Shown: one piece after another, positions 6,528-15,059 of the stretch | Numbering within the stretch: the stretch's first letter is position 1 | Layout: every line of letters starts with the position of its first letter | The notes under the pieces: model-generated | Told to the model about the DNA's origin: nothing | Seen by the model: only the letters and a program-made list of their open reading frames with translations | Databases searched by the model: none | Assembly: GCA_031701365.1 (NCBI GenBank) | Contig: GCA_031701365.1_4118.1 | Direction: 5' to 3' (one strand) | From: Escherichia coli | Lineage (GTDB): Bacteria; Pseudomonadota; Gammaproteobacteria; Enterobacterales; Enterobacteriaceae | Length of the DNA: 64,000 bases | Made by a program: the position numbers and the translations under genes

Positions 6528-6726
6528 GCATGAGTATTACAATAGGTTAAGAACGATACAAGGAAAAGTCTCGTGGACTTTTTTAGATAATTCTATTGCA
6601 GAAGCGGACCGATGTGTTATAATAGCTGAAATGAAGCTATTACTCTTCATTGGGACAAACTATCAAAGTATCTACATAGACGCATGGTTAAGCAGCTTAC
6701 GTCTGAAGTCGGTGAGTTTAAAATGA
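6511..6726 (+). CDS. family-A small protein, function unknown
   Basis: Track ORF 6466 trimmed to ATG 6511 (MKILTEHEY) after GGAGA SD; motif LLFIGTNYQSIYI. Confidence 0.75.
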   Translation: MKILTEHEYYNRLRTIQGKVSWTFLDNSIAEADRCVIIAEMKLLLFIGTNYQSIYIDAWLSSLRLKSVSLK

Positions 6727-6941
6727 GAAAATTAATAGGTTTCGAATATGTTAAGCTTCTACAAACCTGTGGAATCAGAAGGAGAATGATTCAAAAGGAT
6801 AAAAGAATTGCCGAAGAACGAAAGTATATAATGATAACTGAACTTTATGTCTTAACACTCTTAGGCACAAACTATCAACACACTTATGTAGACCTATGGA
6901 TCGATGCACTACAGAAAGAGGTTAAAAGTAAATGCAAATGA
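6723..6941 (+). CDS. family-A small protein, function unknown
   Basis: Track ORF 6684 trimmed to the ATGA overlap at 6723 (MRKLIGFEY); motif LTLLGTNYQHTYV. Confidence 0.75.
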   Translation: MRKLIGFEYVKLLQTCGIRRRMIQKDKRIAEERKYIMITELYVLTLLGTNYQHTYVDLWIDALQKEVKSKCK

Positions 6942-7150
6942 TTAATTTAAGTAAAGACGAATTTTATGTTATACTGGCGAAAACTTATCCAGCACGTAAG
7001 GCCGTTTATGATAGTCACATTATTGAACCCTCAAAGAAGTTGATTTTAGTAAATGAGATAAAGATGCTTTCAGTCTTAGGAACAAACTATCAAGAGAATG
7101 CGGTACTGATGTTAATTGATGCCCTCCAGCGAGAGGTTAAACGTAAATGA
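6938..7150 (+). CDS. family-A small protein, function unknown
   Basis: ATGA overlap at 6938 (track start 6932 possible); motif LSVLGTNYQENAV. Confidence 0.75.
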   Translation: MINLSKDEFYVILAKTYPARKAVYDSHIIEPSKKLILVNEIKMLSVLGTNYQENAVLMLIDALQREVKRK

Positions 7151-7392
7151 AAATGATTAATTTAACTTACCATGAATATCAAAAACGTTTAAATGCATCC
7201 AGAGATATAAGGATTCAAATATTCAATAACAAAAGATTGAAGCCTGATATCAGGAAAATCAAAATCATAGAAGCCGTGTTGTGCAACTTCCTAGGGACTA
7301 ACTATCAGGAAGGTAAGGTAGAAAACTATCTTATAGAACTCATGAATAGTATTGAAAATAAATGCGAGGATAATGATCATGAAAATGATTAA
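7147..7392 (+). CDS. family-A small protein, function unknown
   Basis: ATGA overlap; motif CNFLGTNYQEGKV. Confidence 0.8.
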   Translation: MKMINLTYHEYQKRLNASRDIRIQIFNNKRLKPDIRKIKIIEAVLCNFLGTNYQEGKVENYLIELMNSIENKCEDNDHEND

Positions 7393-7642
7393 TTTAAGTA
7401 AAGATGAATATACCGAGCGTATGACAAAAAATACTCTTAAACGTAATACAATCTATCACAACCCAGAAATTCAACACAGTAAGAAAATGATTATGATACG
7501 TGAGTTAAAGATGGGTGTATTCTTAGGAACAAACTATCAAGAGATGGAAGTAAATCGCTTAATCGCGGAGTTACTAATGGAAATCAAAGGTAAGCTGTAC
7601 TTTTATCAAATGACCCGTCCACTAAGGTGTACTGATCGATGA
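7379..7642 (+). CDS. family-A small protein with C-terminal extension
   Basis: Start ATGAAAATGATTAATTTAA at 7379 repeats the start of the 7147 gene (track start 7352); motif GVFLGTNYQEMEV. Confidence 0.7.
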   Translation: MKMINLSKDEYTERMTKNTLKRNTIYHNPEIQHSKKMIMIRELKMGVFLGTNYQEMEVNRLIAELLMEIKGKLYFYQMTRPLRCTDR

Positions 7643-7881
7643 ATATTGTGAATAACATCAGATTAGCAGAAAGATTTGATAGAATTGGGGAAGCACTGAG
7701 AAGATACGATAAAGAATATGGTCATTTGAGCTTTTCTATAGAAAAGAGATATGAACTTGAAGCAGAGTTTAAAATGCAGAGTCTCTTAGGCACACAGTAT
7801 CAAAACCAATATATTCAAACTTGGATTGATTGTTTAATCCAGACAATTTACGTAAGGAACATTAAATGCAAAATGAAATGA
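7639..7881 (+). CDS. family-A small protein, function unknown
   Basis: ATGA overlap; motif QSLLGTQYQNQYI. Confidence 0.8.
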   Translation: MNIVNNIRLAERFDRIGEALRRYDKEYGHLSFSIEKRYELEAEFKMQSLLGTQYQNQYIQTWIDCLIQTIYVRNIKCKMK

Positions 7882-8111
7882 TATACTTAACATATAATGA
7901 ATACGTCGAGAGATTAGTTAGTGCCAAGAGATATACAAATCAACTTCCTCACAACCCAAACCAAACCCCAGAGGAAAAGAATGCGGAAGCTCTATTCCAA
8001 GCACTACCATACCTTCTTGGAACTGATAGGCAGGAGTATCACGTTGAACGTATAATTAAATCTCTTAAAATCACTATTAAGGAAAAGATACATGAAGCAC
8101 TTGACAGATGA
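7878..8111 (+). CDS. family-A small protein, function unknown
   Basis: ATGA overlap at 7878 (track start 7866 possible); motif PYLLGTDRQEYHV. Confidence 0.75.
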   Translation: MIYLTYNEYVERLVSAKRYTNQLPHNPNQTPEEKNAEALFQALPYLLGTDRQEYHVERIIKSLKITIKEKIHEALDR

Positions 8112-8322
8112 TGAACATGGGCTTATAGTAATGGATGTAATCAACATCGAATACAAAAAGTTGATACGCTACCGTTGTTATGAAGATAAGCAACTAGTTC
8201 TAGCAGAACAGAAGTTGTTTCGACTCTTAAACACAAACTACCAAGCACAATACGAAGAATCGTATATGTACCTTTTGGCGAGGAAAGCAAAAAGAGATTA
8301 TGAAAATTTTAAGCAAAGGTGA
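8092..8322 (+). CDS. family-A small protein, function unknown
   Basis: AAGGA SD; motif FRLLNTNYQAQYE. Confidence 0.75.
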   Translation: MKHLTDDEHGLIVMDVINIEYKKLIRYRCYEDKQLVLAEQKLFRLLNTNYQAQYEESYMYLLARKAKRDYENFKQR

Positions 8323-8521
8323 TTCAGTAATATTACTTATAGAGAGTTCAAGTAAATTCTTAAACATAACACTGTCTGATATAGATGAAGATGATAAAGA
8401 AGTACTGAGAGCAGATTTAAGAGTACTGTTGCATCTCGGAACAAACCTACAAGAAGAATATGTAGAGTACTACATTGATGAACTTAAAGAATCAGTACTG
8501 AGAAGATGCAAATGCGAATGA
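8300..8521 (+). CDS. family-A small protein, function unknown
   Basis: Motif LLHLGTNLQEEYV. Confidence 0.75.
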   Translation: MKILSKGDSVILLIESSSKFLNITLSDIDEDDKEVLRADLRVLLHLGTNLQEEYVEYYIDELKESVLRRCKCE

Positions 8522-8733
8522 TTACCGACGAAGAATACCTAACAATTATAAATGGATTGTTTTTGAAGTTGTTTGTTATTAACACATCAGATATACCAGA
8601 TATGGATAAAATTATTAAGAGAAATGAAATCTATGTTCTAGCTACCCTGGGAACTAACTATCAAGAATACGATATTAATGATTATATTAATACACTTAAA
8701 CGAGCGATTGAACTAAAATGCCAAAACCACTAG
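8518..8733 (+). CDS. family-A small protein, function unknown
   Basis: ATGA overlap at 8518 (track start 8506 possible); motif LATLGTNYQEYDI. Confidence 0.75.
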   Translation: MITDEEYLTIINGLFLKLFVINTSDIPDMDKIIKRNEIYVLATLGTNYQEYDINDYINTLKRAIELKCQNH

Positions 8734-8933
8734 GAACAGCAGAATACATTGAACTCATGGGATTACACTTCTCATCCTTTCAGAAACTTATGCGAGAATC
8801 AAAGAATGATTTAGAATATACCATCAGAGGTTCAGATTTAAGAATGCTTCTCACCCTAGACACAGATTCCCAAGAGCGTTTTGTCAATGAGCACATTAGA
8901 GCACTTTTAATGGAAATTAAAAGTAAACTATGA
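8718..8933 (+). CDS. family-A small protein, function unknown
   Basis: Motif LLTLDTDSQERFV; C-terminus KSKL. Confidence 0.75.
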   Translation: MPKPLGTAEYIELMGLHFSSFQKLMRESKNDLEYTIRGSDLRMLLTLDTDSQERFVNEHIRALLMEIKSKL

Positions 8934-9145
8934 AGATAATATCAAATCAAGAGTACTTGGCACTATTCAGAAAGAATAATCACAAATTTATGGCACTTGA
9001 TTCAAGAACTGATATAAGTGAACTTGAAAAAAATCTTTTGCGTTCAGAGATGATAGTACTGACACTCTTAGGAACACAGCATCAAGAAAGAACTGTTAAT
9101 TCACACATAGAAATACTTAAGAAGCTTATACAGGAAAAGTTATGA
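8930..9145 (+). CDS. family-A small protein, function unknown
   Basis: ATGA overlap; motif LTLLGTQHQERTV. Confidence 0.8.
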   Translation: MKIISNQEYLALFRKNNHKFMALDSRTDISELEKNLLRSEMIVLTLLGTQHQERTVNSHIEILKKLIQEKL

Positions 9146-9363
9146 GAATCATAACACAACAAGATATTCTTAAGTTCACAAGGGTTCATGCATCTGAATT
9201 TGATGCTATATTATCAAAAAGTTACAACAACCCTTATACAGAAGATGTACACTACAATGAATTATGGATGTATATACTTTTAGGTACAGATCATCAAGAG
9301 CAAGCCGTACAGAGGTATTTGAGTGCTTTAAGTACTGCTACTGCTAATGGAGTATGTGTTTAA
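9142..9363 (+). CDS. family-A small protein, function unknown
   Basis: ATGA overlap; motif YILLGTDHQEQAV. Confidence 0.8.
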   Translation: MRIITQQDILKFTRVHASEFDAILSKSYNNPYTEDVHYNELWMYILLGTDHQEQAVQRYLSALSTATANGVCV

Positions 9364-9364
9364 T

Positions 9365-9607
9365 ATGAAAGTACTGACAGAATTAGAAATGTATCATAGA
9401 TTTAATAAGTACTATCATTTACTTAAACCTATACAGAGGATTAAGTGTCCCTTTGTAGTGAAACAGGTATTAATTTATGAGCATAAGTTATTTGTATCAT
9501 TAGGTACGAATGAACAAGAGTATTATTTGAAGTTGTACTTGATTACATTAATAGATTTAATTCACTATAAAACCAAACAAGCTAATAAAGAGAAATATGA
9601 AAACTAA
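9365..9607 (+). CDS. family-A small protein, function unknown
   Basis: Track ORF 9347 trimmed to ATG 9365 (MKVLTELE), just after the upstream stop; motif FVSLGTNEQEYYL. Confidence 0.75.
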   Translation: MKVLTELEMYHRFNKYYHLLKPIQRIKCPFVVKQVLIYEHKLFVSLGTNEQEYYLKLYLITLIDLIHYKTKQANKEKYEN

Positions 9608-9941
9608 TATACAACTCAAGGTATATAAATCATTTGAACATACATATATCAAAAGTAGTCTATGTAGAGATGTAATGGATTACAAGGGTAAGCCATTCAC
9701 AATTACCTATGATTCTTATGTTAGTGATTTATATATATCATTTGTTAATTACGAAAATAAAATATACAAGCACGTTGATATTAAAGATTTAAGTACTTTA
9801 TCACCAGAGGAATACTTTCAGGAATCATTAGTATGGGATTTAGAGTTCCCTATGCCATTAGTACATAAGATGATAGTACTAATGAAAGAATCTAAACAGG
9901 AGCCTAATAGTGGTTATGAAGAACACATTATTGAGTATTAA
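9597..9941 (+). CDS. family-B protein (short form), function unknown
   Basis: Core motif SPEEYFQESLVWD; 114 aa. Confidence 0.8.
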   Translation: MKTNIQLKVYKSFEHTYIKSSLCRDVMDYKGKPFTITYDSYVSDLYISFVNYENKIYKHVDIKDLSTLSPEEYFQESLVWDLEFPMPLVHKMIVLMKESKQEPNSGYEEHIIEY

Positions 9942-9973
9942 GAGTTCTGATAGTACTGAGAGTACAAATGTTC

Positions 9974-10002
9974 TTGACAGTACTTTTCATTACTGATATA
10001 GT
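9974..10002 (+). promoter_or_regulatory. sigma70-type promoter with extended -10
   Basis: -35 TTGACA 9974-9979, 17-nt spacer, TGa + TATAGT 9997-10002. Confidence 0.6.
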
Positions 10003-10031
10003 GCACCAACGTTAATCATAGGGTACAGATT

Positions 10032-10277
10032 ATGTTAAAATTTTTAAATTTCCTTATCGTCTTGTGTATTGTTCTTGGAATTGCACCGTTTGTATTAGCG
10101 TATCTGGATTCAGATGAAATGCAGAAGATGAATTGCACAAAGACAGGACAGAGTAGAGAAGAGACGGTTATGATGCCTGTAACGGTTATTGTGAATAACA
10201 TACCAATTACGAACATGATTCCTACCCTAACGACAACGTACCAGTACTCTTGTACAGATGGAGAGAGGTGGAGATGA
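10032..10277 (+). CDS. small membrane or secreted protein (81 aa)
   Basis: Hydrophobic N-terminus MLKFLNFLIVLCIVLGIAPFVLAYL; first gene after the 9974 promoter. Confidence 0.6.
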   Translation: MLKFLNFLIVLCIVLGIAPFVLAYLDSDEMQKMNCTKTGQSREETVMMPVTVIVNNIPITNMIPTLTTTYQYSCTDGERWR

Positions 10278-10594
10278 AATTTAATATAGCAAAAACATCT
10301 AATATATGTATATTTGGTTATGCCGAAGAGTTGGGTGATATTGACATTCTTTTGTACAAAAAGGATGGTGTTATGCATTTCAAGTACCAGGATGAAGAGG
10401 CAGACAATTATCCTTTACCTAATTTAGTACAAATGCAGGAAGAGGAATTATTCCAGTACAGCTTAGTATATGACATTGATATTTGCACGATGCCAGTACT
10501 AATTAATATTCAAAAAGTGATGCTCGATGTGTTTGATAGGCTAATACAAGGCACACAAGGAAGAACCATATATGTCAATGTACAAGACAATTAA
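10274..10594 (+). CDS. family-B protein (short form)
   Basis: Track ORF 10250 trimmed to the ATGA overlap at 10274 after GGTGGAG SD; motif QEEELFQYSLVYD. Confidence 0.8.
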   Translation: MKFNIAKTSNICIFGYAEELGDIDILLYKKDGVMHFKYQDEEADNYPLPNLVQMQEEELFQYSLVYDIDICTMPVLINIQKVMLDVFDRLIQGTQGRTIYVNVQDN

Positions 10595-10787
10595 TCAAGA
10601 ATGGAAGACCCAAAAGTACAGGGAATTCAGTACTAGTTTAACAAAAGATGCATTGAATTTAAAAAGAACAGAGTTTGATATGTTTATTTTTCTTGGAACA
10701 CGTTCCCAGGAACAATACATTCATTATTATATAAGTTCATTGCGAACGGAGATCGTATGCAAAACACAGGGTATTATAAAAAAGTAA
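10572..10787 (+). CDS. family-A small protein embedded in the B array
   Basis: Motif FIFLGTRSQEQYI. Confidence 0.75.
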   Translation: MSMYKTINQEWKTQKYREFSTSLTKDALNLKRTEFDMFIFLGTRSQEQYIHYYISSLRTEIVCKTQGIIKK

Positions 10788-11023
10788 ACCAATATTTGTA
10801 CGCTACAAAGTACAGGGATTTTTGTTTAAAGGGTGGTGATGAAGATTTTTCTTTGCGATTATCAGAATTTAATCTGTTATTTTATCTTGGTACATCGGAA
10901 CAAGAAGAAATGGCACAGAAATTTATCAAGCACCTTGAACAAAAAATTCATATGCAAATTTTGATGCTTAAGGTACATAATGAGATAAACAAATATGAAC
11001 CCAACAATAGTACAGGATCTTAA
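10757..11023 (+). CDS. family-A small protein embedded in the B array
   Basis: Motif LFYLGTSEQEEMA. Confidence 0.75.
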   Translation: MQNTGYYKKVNQYLYATKYRDFCLKGGDEDFSLRLSEFNLLFYLGTSEQEEMAQKFIKHLEQKIHMQILMLKVHNEINKYEPNNSTGS

Positions 11024-11384
11024 ACAAGTAATATTCCTTTTGAATACAAGAAGTGAAATGTATACAGAGTTTAAAGAGATTAATGCATTTTATCAGAATT
11101 TTGTAATTCAAGAGTTCAGTGATTTAATTACAGATGCATTATTTGAATTATCGGAAAAATACAAAGGAACAGAGTTCAGTGTTAAGAATGTATTACGTTC
11201 TTTATCAAAGCGTATAATAAAATTAGATCATTTTACATTTGACAATAAAGATTTATTCAGTCACAATCCAAGTACAGCTTTATATTTTATTCCTGATTCA
11301 GACAAAAATCATCCTATTCATTACGGATGGATTTTGTCGTACATAGTACAAGGAAAGGAGTATCCTATTAAATGGAACGATTAG
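10995..11384 (+). CDS. hypothetical protein (129 aa)
   Basis: Long ORF with no family motif. Confidence 0.65.
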   Translation: MNPTIVQDLKQVIFLLNTRSEMYTEFKEINAFYQNFVIQEFSDLITDALFELSEKYKGTEFSVKNVLRSLSKRIIKLDHFTFDNKDLFSHNPSTALYFIPDSDKNHPIHYGWILSYIVQGKEYPIKWND

Positions 11385-11533
11385 GGCGATTAGATTATTA
11401 CACAATTAATACAAATTATTTGTTGCGTAATATAAAATCCGATTACAAAATATGGATAAAGAACAGAGATAGTATGTGTTATGAATTTTATTTAGATTAT
11501 GCCATCAAACGCTTTTTAAGAGAAGAACATTAA
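11372..11533 (+). CDS. hypothetical mini-protein (53 aa, below track cutoff)
   Basis: Read by hand: ATG 11372 after AAGGAAAGGAG SD; MERLGRLDYYTINTNYLLRN...; TAATG overlap with the next ORF at 11533. Confidence 0.45.
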   Translation: MERLGRLDYYTINTNYLLRNIKSDYKIWIKNRDSMCYEFYLDYAIKRFLREEH

Positions 11534-11733
11534 TGCACACACCGCACAAAGAGCACACAGAGCACAAAAATACAAAAACGATAAATGTTTTAAATGATTC
11601 TTTATTGGTGAGTATAAATTTATATTATAAAATTCATTTAAATGGTGGTATTGAAAATTTTAGTTATTATTTGAGTACAATATCGCAAGAGCATTTAATA
11701 TACCAAGATCATTTATTGCACCCGAATCCATAA
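11533..11733 (+). CDS. hypothetical protein (66 aa)
   Basis: TAATG coupling to the upstream mini-ORF; His/Lys/Thr-rich N-terminus. Confidence 0.5.
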   Translation: MHTPHKEHTEHKNTKTINVLNDSLLVSINLYYKIHLNGGIENFSYYLSTISQEHLIYQDHLLHPNP

Positions 11734-11741
11734 GGCGAATT

Positions 11742-12287
11742 ATGAATGAGATAGAATTATTAGCACACAAGATTAGTACAATAATGCTTATCCTAAATAA
11801 CAACCATCCTATATCGCAGATAGATGGAATCCTGAGTCAGAGGACAGGTGGTAGTTTATATTTGACATTAACAGAGGTTATCGCAAGGAATTACATTGAT
11901 ATTGAAATCGAGAACAGTGATGCATCAGGAAAGGTTGATGTAGGTGCATTAATCAGTTCAAATCCAGTATCAGCATCCCCATTGACCAAAGGTGTTAGTA
12001 CAGGATTCGAAGGGTATTTGTGGTACAATACCAATGATGATTATTTTATATATCAGCATTCCAATACAAATTATGATGAAGACAAATTTCAGTTCATAGA
12101 CCCTTATGATGAAGCTGAAGTATTTCAAAAATCATTAATCACAAAACCGCATGAGATGATGTATCTAATGTTATTCAGTACAATGCATTTGAATCCATTA
12201 ATTAAAGGTTTAAAATTTTATATTCAATTGAAATTAGTCCATGTAGTTTATGATTTATTAATGCAAGGATATAGTTATGAAGTATAA
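11742..12287 (+). CDS. family-B protein (long form)
   Basis: Motif DEAEVFQKSLITK; 181 aa. Confidence 0.8.
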   Translation: MNEIELLAHKISTIMLILNNNHPISQIDGILSQRTGGSLYLTLTEVIARNYIDIEIENSDASGKVDVGALISSNPVSASPLTKGVSTGFEGYLWYNTNDDYFIYQHSNTNYDEDKFQFIDPYDEAEVFQKSLITKPHEMMYLMLFSTMHLNPLIKGLKFYIQLKLVHVVYDLLMQGYSYEV

Positions 12288-12588
12288 AATGATGTATACC
12301 CCAGATATGATTTATGTTGAATTAGAAGATGATGACGATGGGTGGAATTTGATTTATTCAAGAAGTTCAGGTTGGTACATGGCACATTTAAATGATTCGA
12401 TAGTTACAGATTATTTTGTAGATTTCAATACATTATCCGATGAAGAATTGTTCCAACAGCAATTAGTAATTGACACGGGTGGTTATGATGTTTTATTATT
12501 AAAAAAGATACAGAAAGCTGTTATTGATTTTAAGCCCAAGATGTTGCAAAGGAAATATTATGACCTCGAAGTACCGTACCAGCAATGA
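12277..12588 (+). CDS. family-B protein (short form)
   Basis: AAGGA SD; motif SDEELFQQQLVID. Confidence 0.8.
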   Translation: MKYKMMYTPDMIYVELEDDDDGWNLIYSRSSGWYMAHLNDSIVTDYFVDFNTLSDEELFQQQLVIDTGGYDVLLLKKIQKAVIDFKPKMLQRKYYDLEVPYQQ

Positions 12589-13126
12589 AATTCAGTACAC
12601 CTACGCTAATGCAATCATTATGGGACAAAAGTTAGCTTGTATTGTTGCAGCCTTATATAATGCCCAGAAATATCACAAGCGTCATTTCCACAAATGTATT
12701 GGTATTATTCCATCGAAGTACAATACATATATTGCGTGCACGAGTCATTTTGATAAACGATTCAATACACCTGATACCCCAAATGCCAGTAGTGTTATTG
12801 GTCTTTTGGATTTCGCACCTGGTGCTGTTATTGGAAAGAATGATTTAGAGTACGCATGGTATAATAAAAATGCACCGTTAGTAATGGTAAAATATGATAC
12901 AGAAACGAACAAAACAATAGAGTACAATACATATAAATCAGAGGAAGAATTTTTCCAAGGTTCATTGCTTGTGCCAGTGCGTTTGTTGTTTTATAATGTC
13001 CTTATTAGTACAGTACACAATAGTCCATTACACAAGAATCACAAAATTAATTTCAATTTTTGTGCTTATGCGATTGATGGTGTGTATGAGTGTTTAATGG
13101 AGGTATTGAGTTATGAAGCTGAATAA
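12560..13126 (+). CDS. family-B protein (long form)
   Basis: Track ORF 12524 trimmed to ATG 12560 after AAGGA SD; motif SEEEFFQGSLLVP. Confidence 0.75.
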   Translation: MTSKYRTSNEIQYTYANAIIMGQKLACIVAALYNAQKYHKRHFHKCIGIIPSKYNTYIACTSHFDKRFNTPDTPNASSVIGLLDFAPGAVIGKNDLEYAWYNKNAPLVMVKYDTETNKTIEYNTYKSEEEFFQGSLLVPVRLLFYNVLISTVHNSPLHKNHKINFNFCAYAIDGVYECLMEVLSYEAE

Positions 13127-13454
13127 TACATTTGATATTAATAAGTTAAGAGAATGGTTTTATAGTATTGAAATTGAAGCCATCCCGTATCATAGATATG
13201 AACAATATAATTTAACCAGTATTGATATCAGTGAGTTGTACGCGTATTATCAAAGTGCATTAGAGATGCATAAGTTATTTTTGAGTACAGATTTTGTTCT
13301 AAATTACAATTTTGAGGAATTTAATAATTATAATTTAGTACAGAAATATGTAGTAGCAAAGTATATGTACCTTCAAGGAATTACAAGTAATTTGGAATTC
13401 AATACAGTCCTTGCTTTAGTTGAGGTAATTTTATGCAGTACATGTATGATTTAG
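13113..13454 (+). CDS. hypothetical protein (113 aa)
   Basis: GGAGG SD; no family motif. Confidence 0.65.
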   Translation: MKLNNTFDINKLREWFYSIEIEAIPYHRYEQYNLTSIDISELYAYYQSALEMHKLFLSTDFVLNYNFEEFNNYNLVQKYVVAKYMYLQGITSNLEFNTVLALVEVILCSTCMI

Positions 13455-13939
13455 AGTTTAGTTTAGATGCTGCCTTTAAATTTGTTCACAAGATAGAAAC
13501 AATATACAGTACATTATGTGCAATAAAATCAGTAACAGAAGAGCTTGATGTTGGTGAAAAATATCAGGTATGGAATAATACATTTCTAAACAAAGAACGT
13601 TGCTCTACGGGGTTTAATATTTTAACATTTAATCCCAGCAATTGTTACCCAGAGAAGCATGAACGTTATCCGAATGACGACATGTGGTTTGATTACACAA
13701 AAGATGGTGATATGTCATCCCTTGTAGTTCCTGATGATTTTAATGCCGAAGATTTAACGGAAGAGTGGTGGTTTCAACAGAATTTAGTACACGATGATAT
13801 TGATTTATTTTTTTATGTAGTATTTAAAATGCTTTACCACAACAATATATTAAAAGATAGTGTGTTTTTTTCATGTCTATATATTGATGATTTGTACAAT
13901 GAAATCCAAATCAACATACCCAGAACGCCTGTATCGTAA
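13433..13939 (+). CDS. family-B protein (long form)
   Basis: Motif TEEWWFQQNLVHD. Confidence 0.8.
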   Translation: MQYMYDLEFSLDAAFKFVHKIETIYSTLCAIKSVTEELDVGEKYQVWNNTFLNKERCSTGFNILTFNPSNCYPEKHERYPNDDMWFDYTKDGDMSSLVVPDDFNAEDLTEEWWFQQNLVHDDIDLFFYVVFKMLYHNNILKDSVFFSCLYIDDLYNEIQINIPRTPVS

Positions 13940-13964
13940 GATATGGGCTTTTTTCGTTTTGGTA

Positions 13965-13993
13965 TTGACAAAGAAGTGCAAAGCTGTTATCAT
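13965..13993 (+). promoter_or_regulatory. sigma70-type promoter inside the B array
   Basis: -35 TTGACA 13965-13970, 17-nt spacer, -10 TATCAT 13988-13993; preceded by a T-rich tract. Confidence 0.55.
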
Positions 13994-14021
13994 GTGTAAT
14001 CATTTTAAAGGAGAACATATA

Positions 14022-14534
14022 GTGAGTTTCATAATCCCAAGTACATACGAAGATGCATCAAGTGCAGTTCATAAGATTCATTATATTTTTAATTTAATTA
14101 TTAGATCTGCAAAAATTAAAATGTATGCACCTCTTGTGACAAATAATCGAAATGAAGAAATTTTTATTAGCACAGACAAAATTATTTTTCCATATTTCAA
14201 TGAAGATAGATTGTGGTTCATACATTTAGCTGCATTACAAAAATATAAGATGTCAATTCGTAATAATTTGGATATACCGTTATATCATCCTGATATTGGA
14301 GAGGATGAATATTTTCAGTACAGTACAGTACACCGCCATGAAGATATCTTTGTTGCTATGCTTATTGCTAAATTGAATACCGTTGATTTGGAGCAGTACA
14401 AATACAATAATAAATCATGTAAGATCATAATCCCTGCATTCATAGCTCTTTATGATTATGTGGTGCATAACAAAAAAGATGATACATATGCTTTCAATGA
14501 AGAGTATTTGAATTTTTTTAAGGAGAACATATGA
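14022..14534 (+). CDS. family-B protein (long form)
   Basis: Track ORF 13860 runs through the promoter; trimmed to GTG 14022, 8 nt after AAAGGAG SD; motif GEDEYFQYSTVHR. Confidence 0.7.
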   Translation: MSFIIPSTYEDASSAVHKIHYIFNLIIRSAKIKMYAPLVTNNRNEEIFISTDKIIFPYFNEDRLWFIHLAALQKYKMSIRNNLDIPLYHPDIGEDEYFQYSTVHRHEDIFVAMLIAKLNTVDLEQYKYNNKSCKIIIPAFIALYDYVVHNKKDDTYAFNEEYLNFFKENI

Positions 14535-15058
14535 GCAGTGAAGTGCTGAAATCAATGACATTCAATGAAATTGGTACATTTAAAGATAAGATCATTGATT
14601 GCATTGAATACATGATTTGTAGTAATATCGAAAGTATCGAGATATTTAACAAGACAAATCGCTCTTACCATATGATGTACATTGCAAACAATAATGGTAT
14701 CATTCCATTTATTTCGGATAGTACAATATGGTACGCATGTGATACGAAAAAAACCACAATAGGTTTACATTCATTTGAGACACATTATGATCTAATTATT
14801 CCTGAACATTGTATGCAAGAAGAAGAATATTTTCAAATGCAATGTATACATTCACCATTAGTGTTGTTTAGTTTATATATTATACCTTATATCACCAAAT
14901 GTGTTCATGAGAATAAAGCTCCGTGGAATCATGAATTTGTATCGTTGAAGTTATTGTATAATGTATTAGTAGAATATTATGATTACAGGCACAATGGTAC
15001 AATCAGTGATGTATGGGATTTTGAATCGCTAAGGGTGAAAACATACACAGGTGAATGA
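14531..15058 (+). CDS. family-B protein (long form)
   Basis: ATGA overlap; motif QEEEYFQMQCIHS. Confidence 0.8.
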   Translation: MSSEVLKSMTFNEIGTFKDKIIDCIEYMICSNIESIEIFNKTNRSYHMMYIANNNGIIPFISDSTIWYACDTKKTTIGLHSFETHYDLIIPEHCMQEEEYFQMQCIHSPLVLFSLYIIPYITKCVHENKAPWNHEFVSLKLLYNVLVEYYDYRHNGTISDVWDFESLRVKTYTGE

Positions 15059-15059
15059 T

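Larger units (their letters stand above)
4194..9607 (+). repeat. tandem array of 25 family-A genes (period ~200-260 bp)
   Basis: Each unit encodes ~65-87 aa with L-G-T-N-Y-Q-E. Most junctions are ATGA or TAATG overlaps, and several share AGTAAACTATGA. Confidence 0.9.

Noticed and set aside
4194-9607. The regular ~215-bp periodicity could be mistaken for a CRISPR-like or satellite repeat array.
   Set aside because: Each period is an intact ORF with conserved protein motifs and coupled start/stop codons. The nucleotide repeats are limited to gene junctions. There are no short direct repeats with unique spacers and no cas genes.
13860-14021. N-terminal 54 codons of track ORF 13860..14534.
   Set aside because: This stretch overlaps the previous gene and runs through a TTGACA-N17-TATCAT promoter. 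The family-B homology begins only after GTG 14022, which has a perfect AAAGGAG SD.
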